Shown piece by piece: positions 23,224 through 32,323 of a stretch of DNA of 42,211 bases. The notes below the pieces were generated by a model that searched no databases, was not told where the DNA came from, and worked only from the letters and a program-made list of their open reading frames with translations. The DNA is from Chlamydiales bacterium (GTDB taxonomy: Bacteria; Chlamydiota; Chlamydiia; Chlamydiales; JBFIDQ01). Position 1 is the first letter of the stretch, and every line of letters starts with the position of its first letter. Made by a program: the position numbers and the translations under genes. The stretch covers positions 1 through 42,211 of the forward strand of contig JBFIDQ010000001.1 in assembly GCA_041603795.1 (NCBI GenBank), read 5' to 3'.

Positions 23224-23824
23224 AAACATCGGAATTGACCTATCGAACCATCCTGTTGTTCCTAACATCACTCGTGATGTGCTTCTTATTTGTGGTGGCG
23301 GGCATACGGTTTGGGATGACCTACAGCGACTCGGATTACCCAACTACCAGCCAGAATCAGCCCCATTCGATGTCATGTGCATCAACGACATCTACATGCA
23401 CTTCCCCTGGAGAGTACGGCACTTTTATTCCAATGATAAGAGATGGATGCCGAAGTGGCTGGCTGCGCGGAGAGAACTGTATTCATTGGAATTTGGAGGC
23501 GCTCCAGACACCCACTCCCTCAGAACAGGAGCAAAGTACAACTGGTTCTGGCCGGGACATGGAACAAGCAGCCTCAACGGAACGTACTGCGGGCTCGCAA
23601 TGGGCTATTCCAGAATCATTCTCTGTGGGGTTCCCCTAGACGACGGCCCACATTACTTTGAAGCACCTTGGCGCAAAACCAGATTCACAGGAGAAGTCCC
23701 TGAAAGAGAAAACGGGACAATGGCCTACTGGAGTAACGCGAAGAACAGGGTGTTTGACGGAAGGGTTTTCTCAATGTCTGGAAGGACAAGGGACTTGTTG
23801 GGAGAACCGGAATCACTGCAGTAG
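23213..23824 (+). CDS. DUF115/MptE-like protein (putative glycosyltransferase)
   Basis: LLICGGGHTVWDDL, CINDIY and GHGTSSLNGTYCGLAMGYSRIILCGVPLD resemble the Rossmann-like layout of motility-associated-factor/DUF115 proteins. This assignment is weak. Confidence 0.45.
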   Translation: MPLENIGIDLSNHPVVPNITRDVLLICGGGHTVWDDLQRLGLPNYQPESAPFDVMCINDIYMHFPWRVRHFYSNDKRWMPKWLAARRELYSLEFGGAPDTHSLRTGAKYNWFWPGHGTSSLNGTYCGLAMGYSRIILCGVPLDDGPHYFEAPWRKTRFTGEVPERENGTMAYWSNAKNRVFDGRVFSMSGRTRDLLGEPESLQ

Positions 23825-23835
23825 TTTTAGTGACA

Positions 23836-24360
23836 ATGGCGCGTTCACGATCCTCGTGGATAACGTCGTTGTTTCACAAGAAGGGTCTATGGTCTCCGCC
23901 ATCAAGATCAGGCGACCAGTGGAATAGAGCGGGTTATTGGGAGCATCAAGACCTTAAAAGACTGATAAACAACAACCGCAGGCCATTATATCCAGAGCCG
24001 GTAGTCTGCGACAGGATCCCTGACTTCAAGACTCTGTGGGACGTAGCCATGAGATCTATGGGCTACGAATCAGGCCATTGGGTTGTTAAGGTAGACGCAT
24101 TCTGTTATGACTGCTTTTGGGAATACAATCCTGTCTACGTCAAAGTATATCGCCCTCCTGAAATGATCCTAGACTCCATCATGAGAACGCCTTTCATGTA
24201 TAAGCAGGGTTACTCTAAAGGGAAGTGGACCGAGATAATAAAGAAGCATCACGATCTGATGGAGCAGATTGAGGGGCCGACAGTCAACGCAGAAAAAGTA
24301 TTCGCAGGCGATGAGTCGGAAATAGATGCAGTCATAGAATCATTGGGAGAGCCTGCATAA
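23836..24360 (+). CDS. hypothetical protein
   Basis: The ORF is open from GTG at 23830, and the first ATG is at 23836. It lies inside the glycan cluster. Confidence 0.6.
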   Translation: MARSRSSWITSLFHKKGLWSPPSRSGDQWNRAGYWEHQDLKRLINNNRRPLYPEPVVCDRIPDFKTLWDVAMRSMGYESGHWVVKVDAFCYDCFWEYNPVYVKVYRPPEMILDSIMRTPFMYKQGYSKGKWTEIIKKHHDLMEQIEGPTVNAEKVFAGDESEIDAVIESLGEPA

Positions 24361-25103
24361 ACGCAATCCATGAAACGGCAGTAATCCATCATACTGCAAT
24401 CTTAGGAAACAACAATACAATAGGCCCGTACTGCTACATAGGGCCGAGAACAATCATAGGGGACGGGAATACATTCACCTCTCACTGCGCAATAGGAACC
24501 AAGGCGCAGCATCGTGGCAAGCACGAAGATGGCTACGTTAAAATAGGCCATAGAAGCGTCTTTAGAGAATTCTCTCAGATAGGAAGATCAACAGAAGGCA
24601 TTCCTACGTTTGTTGGTAATAACTGTTATGTTATGGCTGGCGCCCATATACACCATGATTGTAACGTAGAGAACTTCGTTACCATTTGCAGTAACGCTGT
24701 ATTAAACGGCGCTGTTAGGGTAATGCAAGGAGCTACAGTAGGAAGCTCTGCTTCAGTTCATCAATGTCAGGTTATAGGTAGTTACTGTATGCTCGGAATG
24801 GGTAGTATCGTGACCAAAAAGGGCAAGTTAGTCCCAGGATATATCTACGCAGGTAACCCTGTTAAGAAACAAGGCAGGAATGAGATTGGCTTAAGCAGGG
24901 CTGACATATCCCCTGAAAAGATAAGAATTGAAACGATCAGGTACAAGAGACTAAAAGATGCCTTATCCCCAAAGGGAAGTGGAAACAAACACAGTAGCAT
25001 GCGTGTACTTCGAGAATTCGCAGAACAATGCGGTTCATCCGTTCTCAAGGGAATACAGCGACGAGTACGTTCACAGGTTGAACGACTGGGTAAAACAGAA
25101 TAG
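24357..25103 (+). CDS. LpxA-like hexapeptide-repeat acyltransferase without a canonical start codon
   Basis: The frame is open from 24315. The translation ...NAIHETAVIHHTAILGNNNTIGPYCYIGPRTIIGDGNTF...GAHIHHDCNVENF...GNPVKKQGRNEIGLSR parallels E. coli LpxA ([16 protein letters not shown]...AHIAHDC...) from memory. The first in-frame ATG/GTG/TTG is at 24633. The 5' coordinate is set at the ATA in the ATAA junction and is provisional. Confidence 0.65.
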   Translation: MNAIHETAVIHHTAILGNNNTIGPYCYIGPRTIIGDGNTFTSHCAIGTKAQHRGKHEDGYVKIGHRSVFREFSQIGRSTEGIPTFVGNNCYVMAGAHIHHDCNVENFVTICSNAVLNGAVRVMQGATVGSSASVHQCQVIGSYCMLGMGSIVTKKGKLVPGYIYAGNPVKKQGRNEIGLSRADISPEKIRIETIRYKRLKDALSPKGSGNKHSSMRVLREFAEQCGSSVLKGIQRRVRSQVERLGKTE

Positions 25104-25605
25104 CAGATGCAGGTTTGTTTGCATAACAGACCATGACATCCCCGGCGTTGAGACATTCAGATTTCAACAGCCAGAAAGAAACTACTGGACATGCCTTGAA
25201 GTATTTGGCCTTGATCTAGGCAACGTTTTGTCAATCGGACTGGATACTATCTTCACAGGCCCGATAGATCACTTCTTCGAGTATCGTGGAAGCCTTGGGA
25301 TGCTGCATGACCCTAACAAGCATGGCGTTAGCATCAATGGAGTTTTAAGGTTCCCTCACAGGCCGGACATCTGGCTTAATTACGTCAGAGACAAGGAACG
25401 TATCAAAAACAGATATAAGAATGAAATGGCTTACATAGCCAGCTATGCACATGACTTCCTCGATGACAAGTATCCGGGGCAGATATTATCCTATAAGAAA
25501 CATGTGCTATTGGGGGTGGAAACTAAAGACGCAAGAATCGTCTACTTCCACGGGAGACCGAAACCTAAGGATGTAGAATGGCAGGCAATACCTCAGAACT
25601 CATAG
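24958..25605 (+). CDS. putative nucleotide-sugar transferase-like protein
   Basis: The 215-aa ORF has the pattern VACVYF...EYSDEYVHRLNDWV...FVCITD...GLDTIF...YFHGRPKP, which recalls a phage glycosyltransferase-like family. This is from memory and weak. It overlaps the acyltransferase ORF by 146 nt. Confidence 0.5.
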   Translation: MPYPQREVETNTVACVYFENSQNNAVHPFSREYSDEYVHRLNDWVKQNSRCRFVCITDHDIPGVETFRFQQPERNYWTCLEVFGLDLGNVLSIGLDTIFTGPIDHFFEYRGSLGMLHDPNKHGVSINGVLRFPHRPDIWLNYVRDKERIKNRYKNEMAYIASYAHDFLDDKYPGQILSYKKHVLLGVETKDARIVYFHGRPKPKDVEWQAIPQNS

Positions 25606-27074
25606 CCGGGTTATTCAAGTACAACAAGCTGTTGTTTCATCGGCCTTACGGTCATCCTGACACACTCTGTCCCGATGGCAAGCTGTGGAAATCCCAAGGA
25701 TGGGAAACTTGGACAAACAAACCTTGGCAATTAGAGTTTCATAATGCTGGAAAAGACCATAAAGAACGACTCACTATCTGCGGAAACGGGGTCGGAAAGT
25801 CAATCTCAGGAGCCTATGAAACTGCTGTCCATGCTACAGGCATGTACCCTGAGTGGTGGGAAGGAGCAAGATACGACAGGCCGGTTAAGATATGGGTTGG
25901 AACCATCGATGCTCAGATGCAGCGAGAGTCCCCACAAGCCCTTCTGCTGGGTCCAAATCTCACACACGGACTAGGAACAGGGTTTATCCCTAAACACACG
26001 ATAGACGGCAAGCCACGCATTAAGCAGGCCGGCATGTCGGAAGTGGTAGACAGGGTTTCCATCAAACATGTATCTGGTGGCTTCTCTGATCTGACATTCA
26101 AGACCTATCAACAGGGTTGGCGCTCGTGGCAGGCTGCTGCCCCGGATGTCGTCTGGCTCGATGAGGAACCAGACGAGAATGACGGGAACCAGAGAGGGAT
26201 CTTTGCCGAGGTTCAGACTCGAATCTTTCGCTCGTCGGGTTATCTCTATGCCACTCTCACTCCCCTGCTGGGGGAGACAGCCCTCACTCAGCATTTCATG
26301 GACCCCCAAGCCCCAGGAATTTACCATGTGGGAGCAACATGGGACGATGCACCGCACCTCAAGAAAGAAGACAAGGATCGTCTGGCTGCAACATACCCGG
26401 CACATGAAGCTGAAGCTCGAATGAAAGGTGTTCCAATGATGGGTGAAGGCCGAGTCTTTACGATTGCTGAAGAAAGCATCGTTATCGACCCAATATACAT
26501 TCCGCCCCATTGGGCAAAGATATGCGGGATTGACTTTGGTTACGATCACCCCGCAGCAGGCGCATGGTTAGCATGGGACAGAGAAACAGATATTGTCTAT
26601 CTCTATGACTGCTACAAGAAGGCCAAAGAACTGGCTTACTACCATGCCTCCATGATTCGACAGCGCGGACAGAACATCCCTGTTGCATGGCCGCACGACG
26701 GCATGAATACAGAAAAGTCAGGTGGCACGGTCCTTCATGAGTCATATCGTCAGAATGGTGCGGAGAATCTGCTTGGAATGTCCGCAAGATATGACAAGGA
26801 TAGGGGTGGCGGCCAACCAGTAGAGCCTATCATTAACGACATGCTGGAAAGAATGCAGACAGGAAGGTTCAAGGTGTTCAAGACCTGTGAGCCCTGGCTG
26901 CAGGAATTCAGGAACTATTATCGCAAAGACGGTAAATTAAAACAGAAGGGTGATGACGCATTAAAGGCCAGCTTCTACGCATTGATGATGCTTAGGTACG
27001 CCGCCTCAGATGCAGAGTCAGGTACTTATCATAATAATGTTCCTTCACAGGGCTTCTCGATGGGGATGCAATGA
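25578..27074 (+). CDS. terL: terminase large subunit
   Basis: Walker A-like is CGNGVGKS and Walker B-like is VVWLDEEPD. The 498-aa length and the position upstream of the portal fit the call. Confidence 0.9.
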   Translation: MAGNTSELIAGLFKYNKLLFHRPYGHPDTLCPDGKLWKSQGWETWTNKPWQLEFHNAGKDHKERLTICGNGVGKSISGAYETAVHATGMYPEWWEGARYDRPVKIWVGTIDAQMQRESPQALLLGPNLTHGLGTGFIPKHTIDGKPRIKQAGMSEVVDRVSIKHVSGGFSDLTFKTYQQGWRSWQAAAPDVVWLDEEPDENDGNQRGIFAEVQTRIFRSSGYLYATLTPLLGETALTQHFMDPQAPGIYHVGATWDDAPHLKKEDKDRLAATYPAHEAEARMKGVPMMGEGRVFTIAEESIVIDPIYIPPHWAKICGIDFGYDHPAAGAWLAWDRETDIVYLYDCYKKAKELAYYHASMIRQRGQNIPVAWPHDGMNTEKSGGTVLHESYRQNGAENLLGMSARYDKDRGGGQPVEPIINDMLERMQTGRFKVFKTCEPWLQEFRNYYRKDGKLKQKGDDALKASFYALMMLRYAASDAESGTYHNNVPSQGFSMGMQ

Positions 27075-27436
27075 AATTTGAAAACCGACAGATAGAAAAG
27101 TTCATCGGCCAATATGGTGCCCGCCCCGTTAAGAAAGAGTCTTACATGGGGCAGGAAATCCTTATTGCTGATGGTGGACCGCACTACGATCCAGAGAATG
27201 ATGTTGCCTTCAAGGAAGCCGACAAAGAAGAACTGGACAAGATGAAAAAAGGTTATTACTGCACAGTAGCGTTCGTCCCCGGTCATAAGTACATGGGTGT
27301 GCGGACAGTCTACTGCGAGAAAGACCACAACCCTGAATTGACGGAAGCTGCCAAGAAGGATGCGAGAGTGCGCGCTGTCCTGGCTTCTGCCAAGGAAGAA
27401 ATCGCCTCGGGAATAGTGAATCAACTATATGTCTAA
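27071..27436 (+). CDS. hypothetical protein
   Basis: 121-aa ORF with an ATGA overlap with terL. Confidence 0.65.
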   Translation: MKFENRQIEKFIGQYGARPVKKESYMGQEILIADGGPHYDPENDVAFKEADKEELDKMKKGYYCTVAFVPGHKYMGVRTVYCEKDHNPELTEAAKKDARVRAVLASAKEEIASGIVNQLYV

Positions 27437-29321
27437 AGCAAGTAAAGGATCCACAGCCGTCTCCGAGGGAGGCAAGACCAATCCTGTCCGCAGGTTCGGC
27501 CCTAACGATTACAAGCATATTGAGGAGCGTGTTATGGACGTTCTCGAAATGCGTAAGCGTGAGCGCATGGACCTGGAGAAGGAGTGGAAGGAGATTGATC
27601 GCCAACTAGCGATGACTCCTGAGCTTGGTCACAAGAAAGACAAGTTCGGCAATCTGGATCCGATGAAGAAGTGGATGCCTGAAGTAGAGCTTCCGCTTCA
27701 ATCACAGACATTAGAGGTTCTGGTCGCTGATGCTCATCGGTTGTTCTTTCCTTCCAATGGTATGTGGTTCTCCAGCCATGCCTTGACTACTGATGAATAC
27801 TTCAGCCGAGTAGACTTCGCTTCACTCATAGCGGGTGATACCGAGGAAGTACCCAGTCTGATTAGTCAGGACAACGCCAACAAGATGGTCAATGGCGTTG
27901 TTAACCACTGGCACGGTCAGTATGACTTCCCGGCTCATGTAGACATGATTAACGCAGAAGCATTCAAGTACGGTGCCGGCGTAGGCCGTGGACGGATGGT
28001 AAACAAGTCCGTCTTCATGAAAACGGCCAAAGGGATCATCAAAGAGAATCAAAGGATCCCGGTTCTTGTGCCGCGCAGCATCAAGAATGTCTACCTTGAT
28101 AACTCTGCCCCCAATATGATGAACGAGAGCTATGAGTTAGGGCAATCCATTATTAGCTGCAAAACCATGGACTACAATGACTTCATCATTGGAGCCATGA
28201 AGGGCTCTGACGATCCTAACTCTGACACAGGTGGCTGGATTAAGTCTCAAATCAAGAAGGTCGAACCCAATGATAAAGGCCATGTTGAATTGGTTGAGAT
28301 GGAGGGTGATTTCTCCATTCCCCGCAAATCTACCAGAGGCTTCTTCTTGCCTGGTATTATCGTCACTGTAGCGTCTTCTAAGAGCAGTAAAGGGGTTAGC
28401 AATAACCTAGTAAGGGTACGCTTCCGAAAAGACCACCAGAACTCTTACATTGAGTTTCCGTACCATATTGAAGACATCCAGACGGCTTATCCGACATCTC
28501 CCCTGAGAAAGGGCTGGCCTATCCAGAAAGCAGCCTGCGAAGCCCTGCTTCAGTTGATGATTAGCGCGTCCCTGAATAATCTGCCGCCGGTAAGCTATGA
28601 CCGAAATGATACTGTATTCGCTTCCCGTGGCGGCCCTATGTGGTTCCCTGGCGCTCAGTGGGGGACGATGGGCGATGTCAAGGTTCATCAAAGCCTTGGT
28701 AATCCTGCTGCCCTTTTTAATATCTATGCCGGCTTCCTTCAACAGTATGCCGATGTAACAGGAGTTAACGCTCCTAGATTAGGGGCTCAGACTGTCTCTC
28801 ACACGACAGCGTTCGCCAAAGAGGCTGAGCTTAACCGGGGGACAGTCAGGACAGTAGACTACGCCAGAGCGACCCTGGAAGGCCCTTTAAGCAAGTGGCT
28901 GGATATGGAGTATCGCATGGCACGGCCGGAGTTCAAGGAGACGACAGTTTATCTGCCTGACTCCGGTTATGAGGGATTCGTTACCTTGAACAAAACTCAT
29001 CTCCCTGATGAGGTTTACTTCGAGGCTATCGGAGCGGGCGGTCCTGCTGAGGAACAACAGAAGCGTACAGACATGCTTAATTCTGCTCAGCTTGCACTGT
29101 CCATTGACCAGATGAAGATCCAAATGGGCGGTCAGCCCTCAATGGATCTCAACCAACTAATAAAACATGTTCTACGGAACGGTGGGTGGAGTGATGTCGA
29201 TGTTATCGTCGCAGGAGAGGAGCCATCTCAGGGATCTGCTGAGCAACAGCCTGTACAGCAAATTAGTGTTACTGATCCAACAGAGGCAGGCGTTGCCGCG
29301 CTGGAAGCCATCTCGGGATAA
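27429..29321 (+). CDS. portal protein (positional call)
   Basis: 630-aa ORF between terL and the scaffold/capsid genes. No specific motif was recognised. Confidence 0.65.
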   Translation: MSKASKGSTAVSEGGKTNPVRRFGPNDYKHIEERVMDVLEMRKRERMDLEKEWKEIDRQLAMTPELGHKKDKFGNLDPMKKWMPEVELPLQSQTLEVLVADAHRLFFPSNGMWFSSHALTTDEYFSRVDFASLIAGDTEEVPSLISQDNANKMVNGVVNHWHGQYDFPAHVDMINAEAFKYGAGVGRGRMVNKSVFMKTAKGIIKENQRIPVLVPRSIKNVYLDNSAPNMMNESYELGQSIISCKTMDYNDFIIGAMKGSDDPNSDTGGWIKSQIKKVEPNDKGHVELVEMEGDFSIPRKSTRGFFLPGIIVTVASSKSSKGVSNNLVRVRFRKDHQNSYIEFPYHIEDIQTAYPTSPLRKGWPIQKAACEALLQLMISASLNNLPPVSYDRNDTVFASRGGPMWFPGAQWGTMGDVKVHQSLGNPAALFNIYAGFLQQYADVTGVNAPRLGAQTVSHTTAFAKEAELNRGTVRTVDYARATLEGPLSKWLDMEYRMARPEFKETTVYLPDSGYEGFVTLNKTHLPDEVYFEAIGAGGPAEEQQKRTDMLNSAQLALSIDQMKIQMGGQPSMDLNQLIKHVLRNGGWSDVDVIVAGEEPSQGSAEQQPVQQISVTDPTEAGVAALEAISG

Positions 29322-29413
29322 GAACGCTGAAGAATGGATATATCGTAGTGGCGCGATGGATGAAAATGAAGCCATATTACATTTGTTAACGGGAGAGCAA
29401 GGAGAATTAAACA

Positions 29414-29995
29414 ATGAATGATACTGCGGAAACCAACCCAGTGGCACAGCCGACTGATGAGGGTACCAACGTAGAAGCAAGCCTGGACGATGTTCTAGGC
29501 GAATACGATCAGGCTACACAACCTAAACAGGTTGAACAGCCTGATAACACCGGCACGGAAGGAAATGATGACAAACTCGTGCTGCAATACGTCAAGCAAA
29601 AGATGTATGAAGATGCGCAGAAGGAAGTAACTTCAGCTGTTAACGACGCCATTAAAACGGTGAAAGAGGTTTCGAGACTGGATCTTCCAGATAAAGCCCT
29701 TCAGGGCTACCTCAACGTTCTTGCTGATGAGAACCCGCGCTTTCGACAAGCATTCCTTGAGCGTGACGTTAATCCTGCACGGTGGCAAGAAGCTGTCCGT
29801 GCGGCAGGACGAGAGTTGGCCAAACCTGCGGTAGATGAAAATCTGACACAGGACGCCAACGATGTTGTTCAATCAATTTCTCGTGTTTCTAAACAAGAGT
29901 CTGCTTCTAGTTCTGAGCGGCCGTTATCTGAGAAAGACTTTAACAGGATGTCAGATGCGGAGTTCAAAGCATGGGAGCGAGCCAACATGACCTAG
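29414..29995 (+). CDS. scaffolding protein (positional call)
   Basis: The 193-aa protein is acidic and helical-looking and lies directly upstream of the capsid gene. GGAG lies upstream of the ATG. Confidence 0.6.
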   Translation: MNDTAETNPVAQPTDEGTNVEASLDDVLGEYDQATQPKQVEQPDNTGTEGNDDKLVLQYVKQKMYEDAQKEVTSAVNDAIKTVKEVSRLDLPDKALQGYLNVLADENPRFRQAFLERDVNPARWQEAVRAAGRELAKPAVDENLTQDANDVVQSISRVSKQESASSSERPLSEKDFNRMSDAEFKAWERANMT

Positions 29996-30009
29996 GAGGT
30001 TAATTTAAG

Positions 30010-31131
30010 ATGGCTCTTACTATTTCTGCAACCGATACTGAGGTTCAGAAGCCGGTAAACGTTTCGTATAATCAGCGACTTCTACGTAACGCCCGTCCTC
30101 TGGCACCTTATTTTCTTGGGACCGATGCTGGTCGAATGGACAAAAATGCCGGCACTGCCACGATGAAGTGGCGTCGATACAATACGTCCGCCGACAACGC
30201 AAGTGGTATTGCTCCGTCTGTTACGGCCTTGGCCGAGCTTACGGGTAACGCTGCTTACGGGCAGGGTCGTACTCCCGCAACGGTTCACTTCTCGGATGTG
30301 ACGGCTACCGTAGCCAAATACGGTCAGTTCTACATCCTTAACGAAGAAGTGGATGTTTTCCTTCCGAATGGTACGTTCAATGGTATCGTGGACACGCTGG
30401 CTATCTCAGCCGGTCGCTCCGCTAACCAGCTTCAACGTAACATCGCGGAAGATAACGCAACGCTTGTCTACGCTGGCAACGTGGCTTCTGACGGTGTTGT
30501 GGCCTCAGCCATTACTGTTGCTGAACTTGATCAGGTGATTAACACTCTGGTTAACAACAGCGCCATGTCGTTTACGCCGATGAGCACTGGTTCGCCCAAC
30601 ACGGGTACGTCAGCGGTCCTTCCGGGCCTGTGGGGTATCACGCATCCGGACGTAGCTTACAACATCGCGAAACTTACGGGTTTCACGGGTGTTCAAAACT
30701 ACGCGGGTCAGGTTGACACGGTTCCGGGTGAGTTTGGCATCTATCAGGGCGCAGGACAGGCAGTACGATTTGTCCAAACGCCGGAAGCATCGAAAGATGC
30801 GGACACGGGTATTACGGTTGGCAGTTCTGTTGACCTTAATAGTACGTCTGGTAATGCGGACCTTTACACCACAGTTATCTACGGCATGAATGCTGTGGGC
30901 TCTGTGGGTCTTGGCGAAAGTCACACGGACGGTATCTATCGTGCGGGTGATGATCGTGGCGTCATGAATCTCATTGTCAAGGGTCGGGCTAACGCCTCGC
31001 GTCCGTCTGGTACGGATGATCCCTTCGATGAAATTTCGACCGTCGCGTACAAGTTCTGGCATGCAGGAGCCATTACCAATGGCAACTGGATCCGGGGCAT
31101 CCGCTCAGGTGCGACCAACCTCGCCAACTAA
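30010..31131 (+). CDS. major capsid protein
   Basis: The 373-aa ORF has a strong RBS (AGGAGG), follows the scaffold gene and is followed by a stable hairpin. I loosely recall similarity to the N4-gp56 type, but this is unverified. Confidence 0.8.
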   Translation: MALTISATDTEVQKPVNVSYNQRLLRNARPLAPYFLGTDAGRMDKNAGTATMKWRRYNTSADNASGIAPSVTALAELTGNAAYGQGRTPATVHFSDVTATVAKYGQFYILNEEVDVFLPNGTFNGIVDTLAISAGRSANQLQRNIAEDNATLVYAGNVASDGVVASAITVAELDQVINTLVNNSAMSFTPMSTGSPNTGTSAVLPGLWGITHPDVAYNIAKLTGFTGVQNYAGQVDTVPGEFGIYQGAGQAVRFVQTPEASKDADTGITVGSSVDLNSTSGNADLYTTVIYGMNAVGSVGLGESHTDGIYRAGDDRGVMNLIVKGRANASRPSGTDDPFDEISTVAYKFWHAGAITNGNWIRGIRSGATNLAN

Positions 31132-31143
31132 GGCGATATAGGA

Positions 31144-31163
31144 TAGCCCCCTTCGGGGGGCTA
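31144..31163 (+). terminator. stable hairpin downstream of capsid gene (terminator or attenuator)
   Basis: TAGCCCCC-TTCG-GGGGGCTA has an 8-bp stem and a tetraloop. The 3' tail is T-poor (CTCCTTC), so termination is probably partial. Confidence 0.5.
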
Positions 31164-31203
31164 CTCCTTCTACAATATAATTTAGACAAAAGGAAGATGG
31201 GGT

Positions 31204-31755
31204 ATGGCTTTACAGAAAATTGATGGCTCTATGATTGGAGAAGTGGATGACCCGCGCAGTGGTTTCCAGCTTATCCGTCGAGCTATGATTCACCGGTACT
31301 TCCGGAAACATGGGATTGAATACAATCCGTTGATGGCAATGAATCATCTTATCTCGATTTGCGAAGTGCGGTCGATTACACCAAAGATGATTGCAGAATT
31401 TATCATTGGCCCCGGAGCATTGAATCCGCAGGTTAATGAGCAGGAAAACCGCATCAAACAGCTTGAGACGCTCGTAGAGAGCATGGCTAAGGCTAGTGGT
31501 ATTGATGTAGATAAGTTGCTTAATGAAGCCAAGGAAGAACCTGAGCAGCCTGTCAGCTTTGAAGAAATGGATATGGCGAGCCTTCGTAAGCTCTGCACGA
31601 CTATGGGCATTACGATGGAGCGTACCGACAGCAAAGATAATCTAATCGAGAAGATTAAAGCACATGGCAAAGACACTGCTGAACTGGACGAACGAGACCC
31701 TGAAGCGAGCACAGCTTCTACGTCAAGACGAGCTTTTGGGATCTCTGTCGGATAG
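31204..31755 (+). CDS. hypothetical protein with SAP/HeH-like helix pair
   Basis: The 183-aa ORF contains SLRKLCTTMGITMERTDSKDNLIEKIKAH, which resembles a SAP/Rho-N type motif. The last 92 nt overlap the next gene. Confidence 0.6.
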   Translation: MALQKIDGSMIGEVDDPRSGFQLIRRAMIHRYFRKHGIEYNPLMAMNHLISICEVRSITPKMIAEFIIGPGALNPQVNEQENRIKQLETLVESMAKASGIDVDKLLNEAKEEPEQPVSFEEMDMASLRKLCTTMGITMERTDSKDNLIEKIKAHGKDTAELDERDPEASTASTSRRAFGISVG

Positions 31756-32323
31756 CGGCAAGCAGGTATTCATAGACACATCCGTCCAGGCTGCTAATGA
31801 ACTTCTCGATGAGTTGTTCACTTCAGCCGAGATGGATCTGCCTGAGAGTATAGGCGAGACTACAATTACTCTGGTGGCCGATGACAGGGATTACGCCCTG
31901 CCATCTGGCCTTGTTCAGATCCTATGGCCGTTGACAGACGAGACCAATGGACGCTGGATCTCAGAGTACAAGGAAGGCTATCATCGCATGATAGTCAACC
32001 AGCAGTTTCCTAGTAACTATACGGGGATACCTAATTATGCTGTTATCCGTCCTACTGACGGCGAACTATACATGGATCGAATCCCGCAAAGTGCAGACGC
32101 GGGGCTGGCTTATTCAATGCGCTACGTTAAGGATACTATTCTTGATGAAGCGACTGACTCATTTCCTTGCACGGATGCTTGCTTTAGAGCACTCGTGCCA
32201 GCAGGAGCAGAGATAGTCAAGCGCGTGCATAAGCAGTCATTTGATGAAGCTATGTTTAACCTGTCAATAGGTCGTGCAGCACGTTTGTTAACGCAGCAGA
32301 AACCAAGAACCTCTTATGCCTAG
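31664..32323 (+). CDS. tail tubular A / adaptor-like protein (synteny call)
   Basis: The 219-aa ORF sits at the gp11 position of the T7-type order (capsid, tubular A, tubular B, internal proteins, fibre). Confidence 0.5.
   Translation: MAKTLLNWTNETLKRAQLLRQDELLGSLSDSGKQVFIDTSVQAANELLDELFTSAEMDLPESIGETTITLVADDRDYALPSGLVQILWPLTDETNGRWISEYKEGYHRMIVNQQFPSNYTGIPNYAVIRPTDGELYMDRIPQSADAGLAYSMRYVKDTILDEATDSFPCTDACFRALVPAGAEIVKRVHKQSFDEAMFNLSIGRAARLLTQQKPRTSYA

Noticed and set aside
25971-26549. 192-aa minus-strand ORF inside terL (and similar ones at 30610..31062 and 37243..37707)
   Set aside because: They are long antisense ORFs nested in confidently assigned or tightly coupled + strand genes. They have no RBS and their composition is shadow-frame-like.
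29334-29421. Mini-ORFs in the 92-nt portal-scaffold gap (MDIS*, MDENEAILHLLTGEQGELNNE*)
   Set aside because: They are very short and lack a convincing SD. The gap more likely carries the scaffold RBS (GGAG) only.
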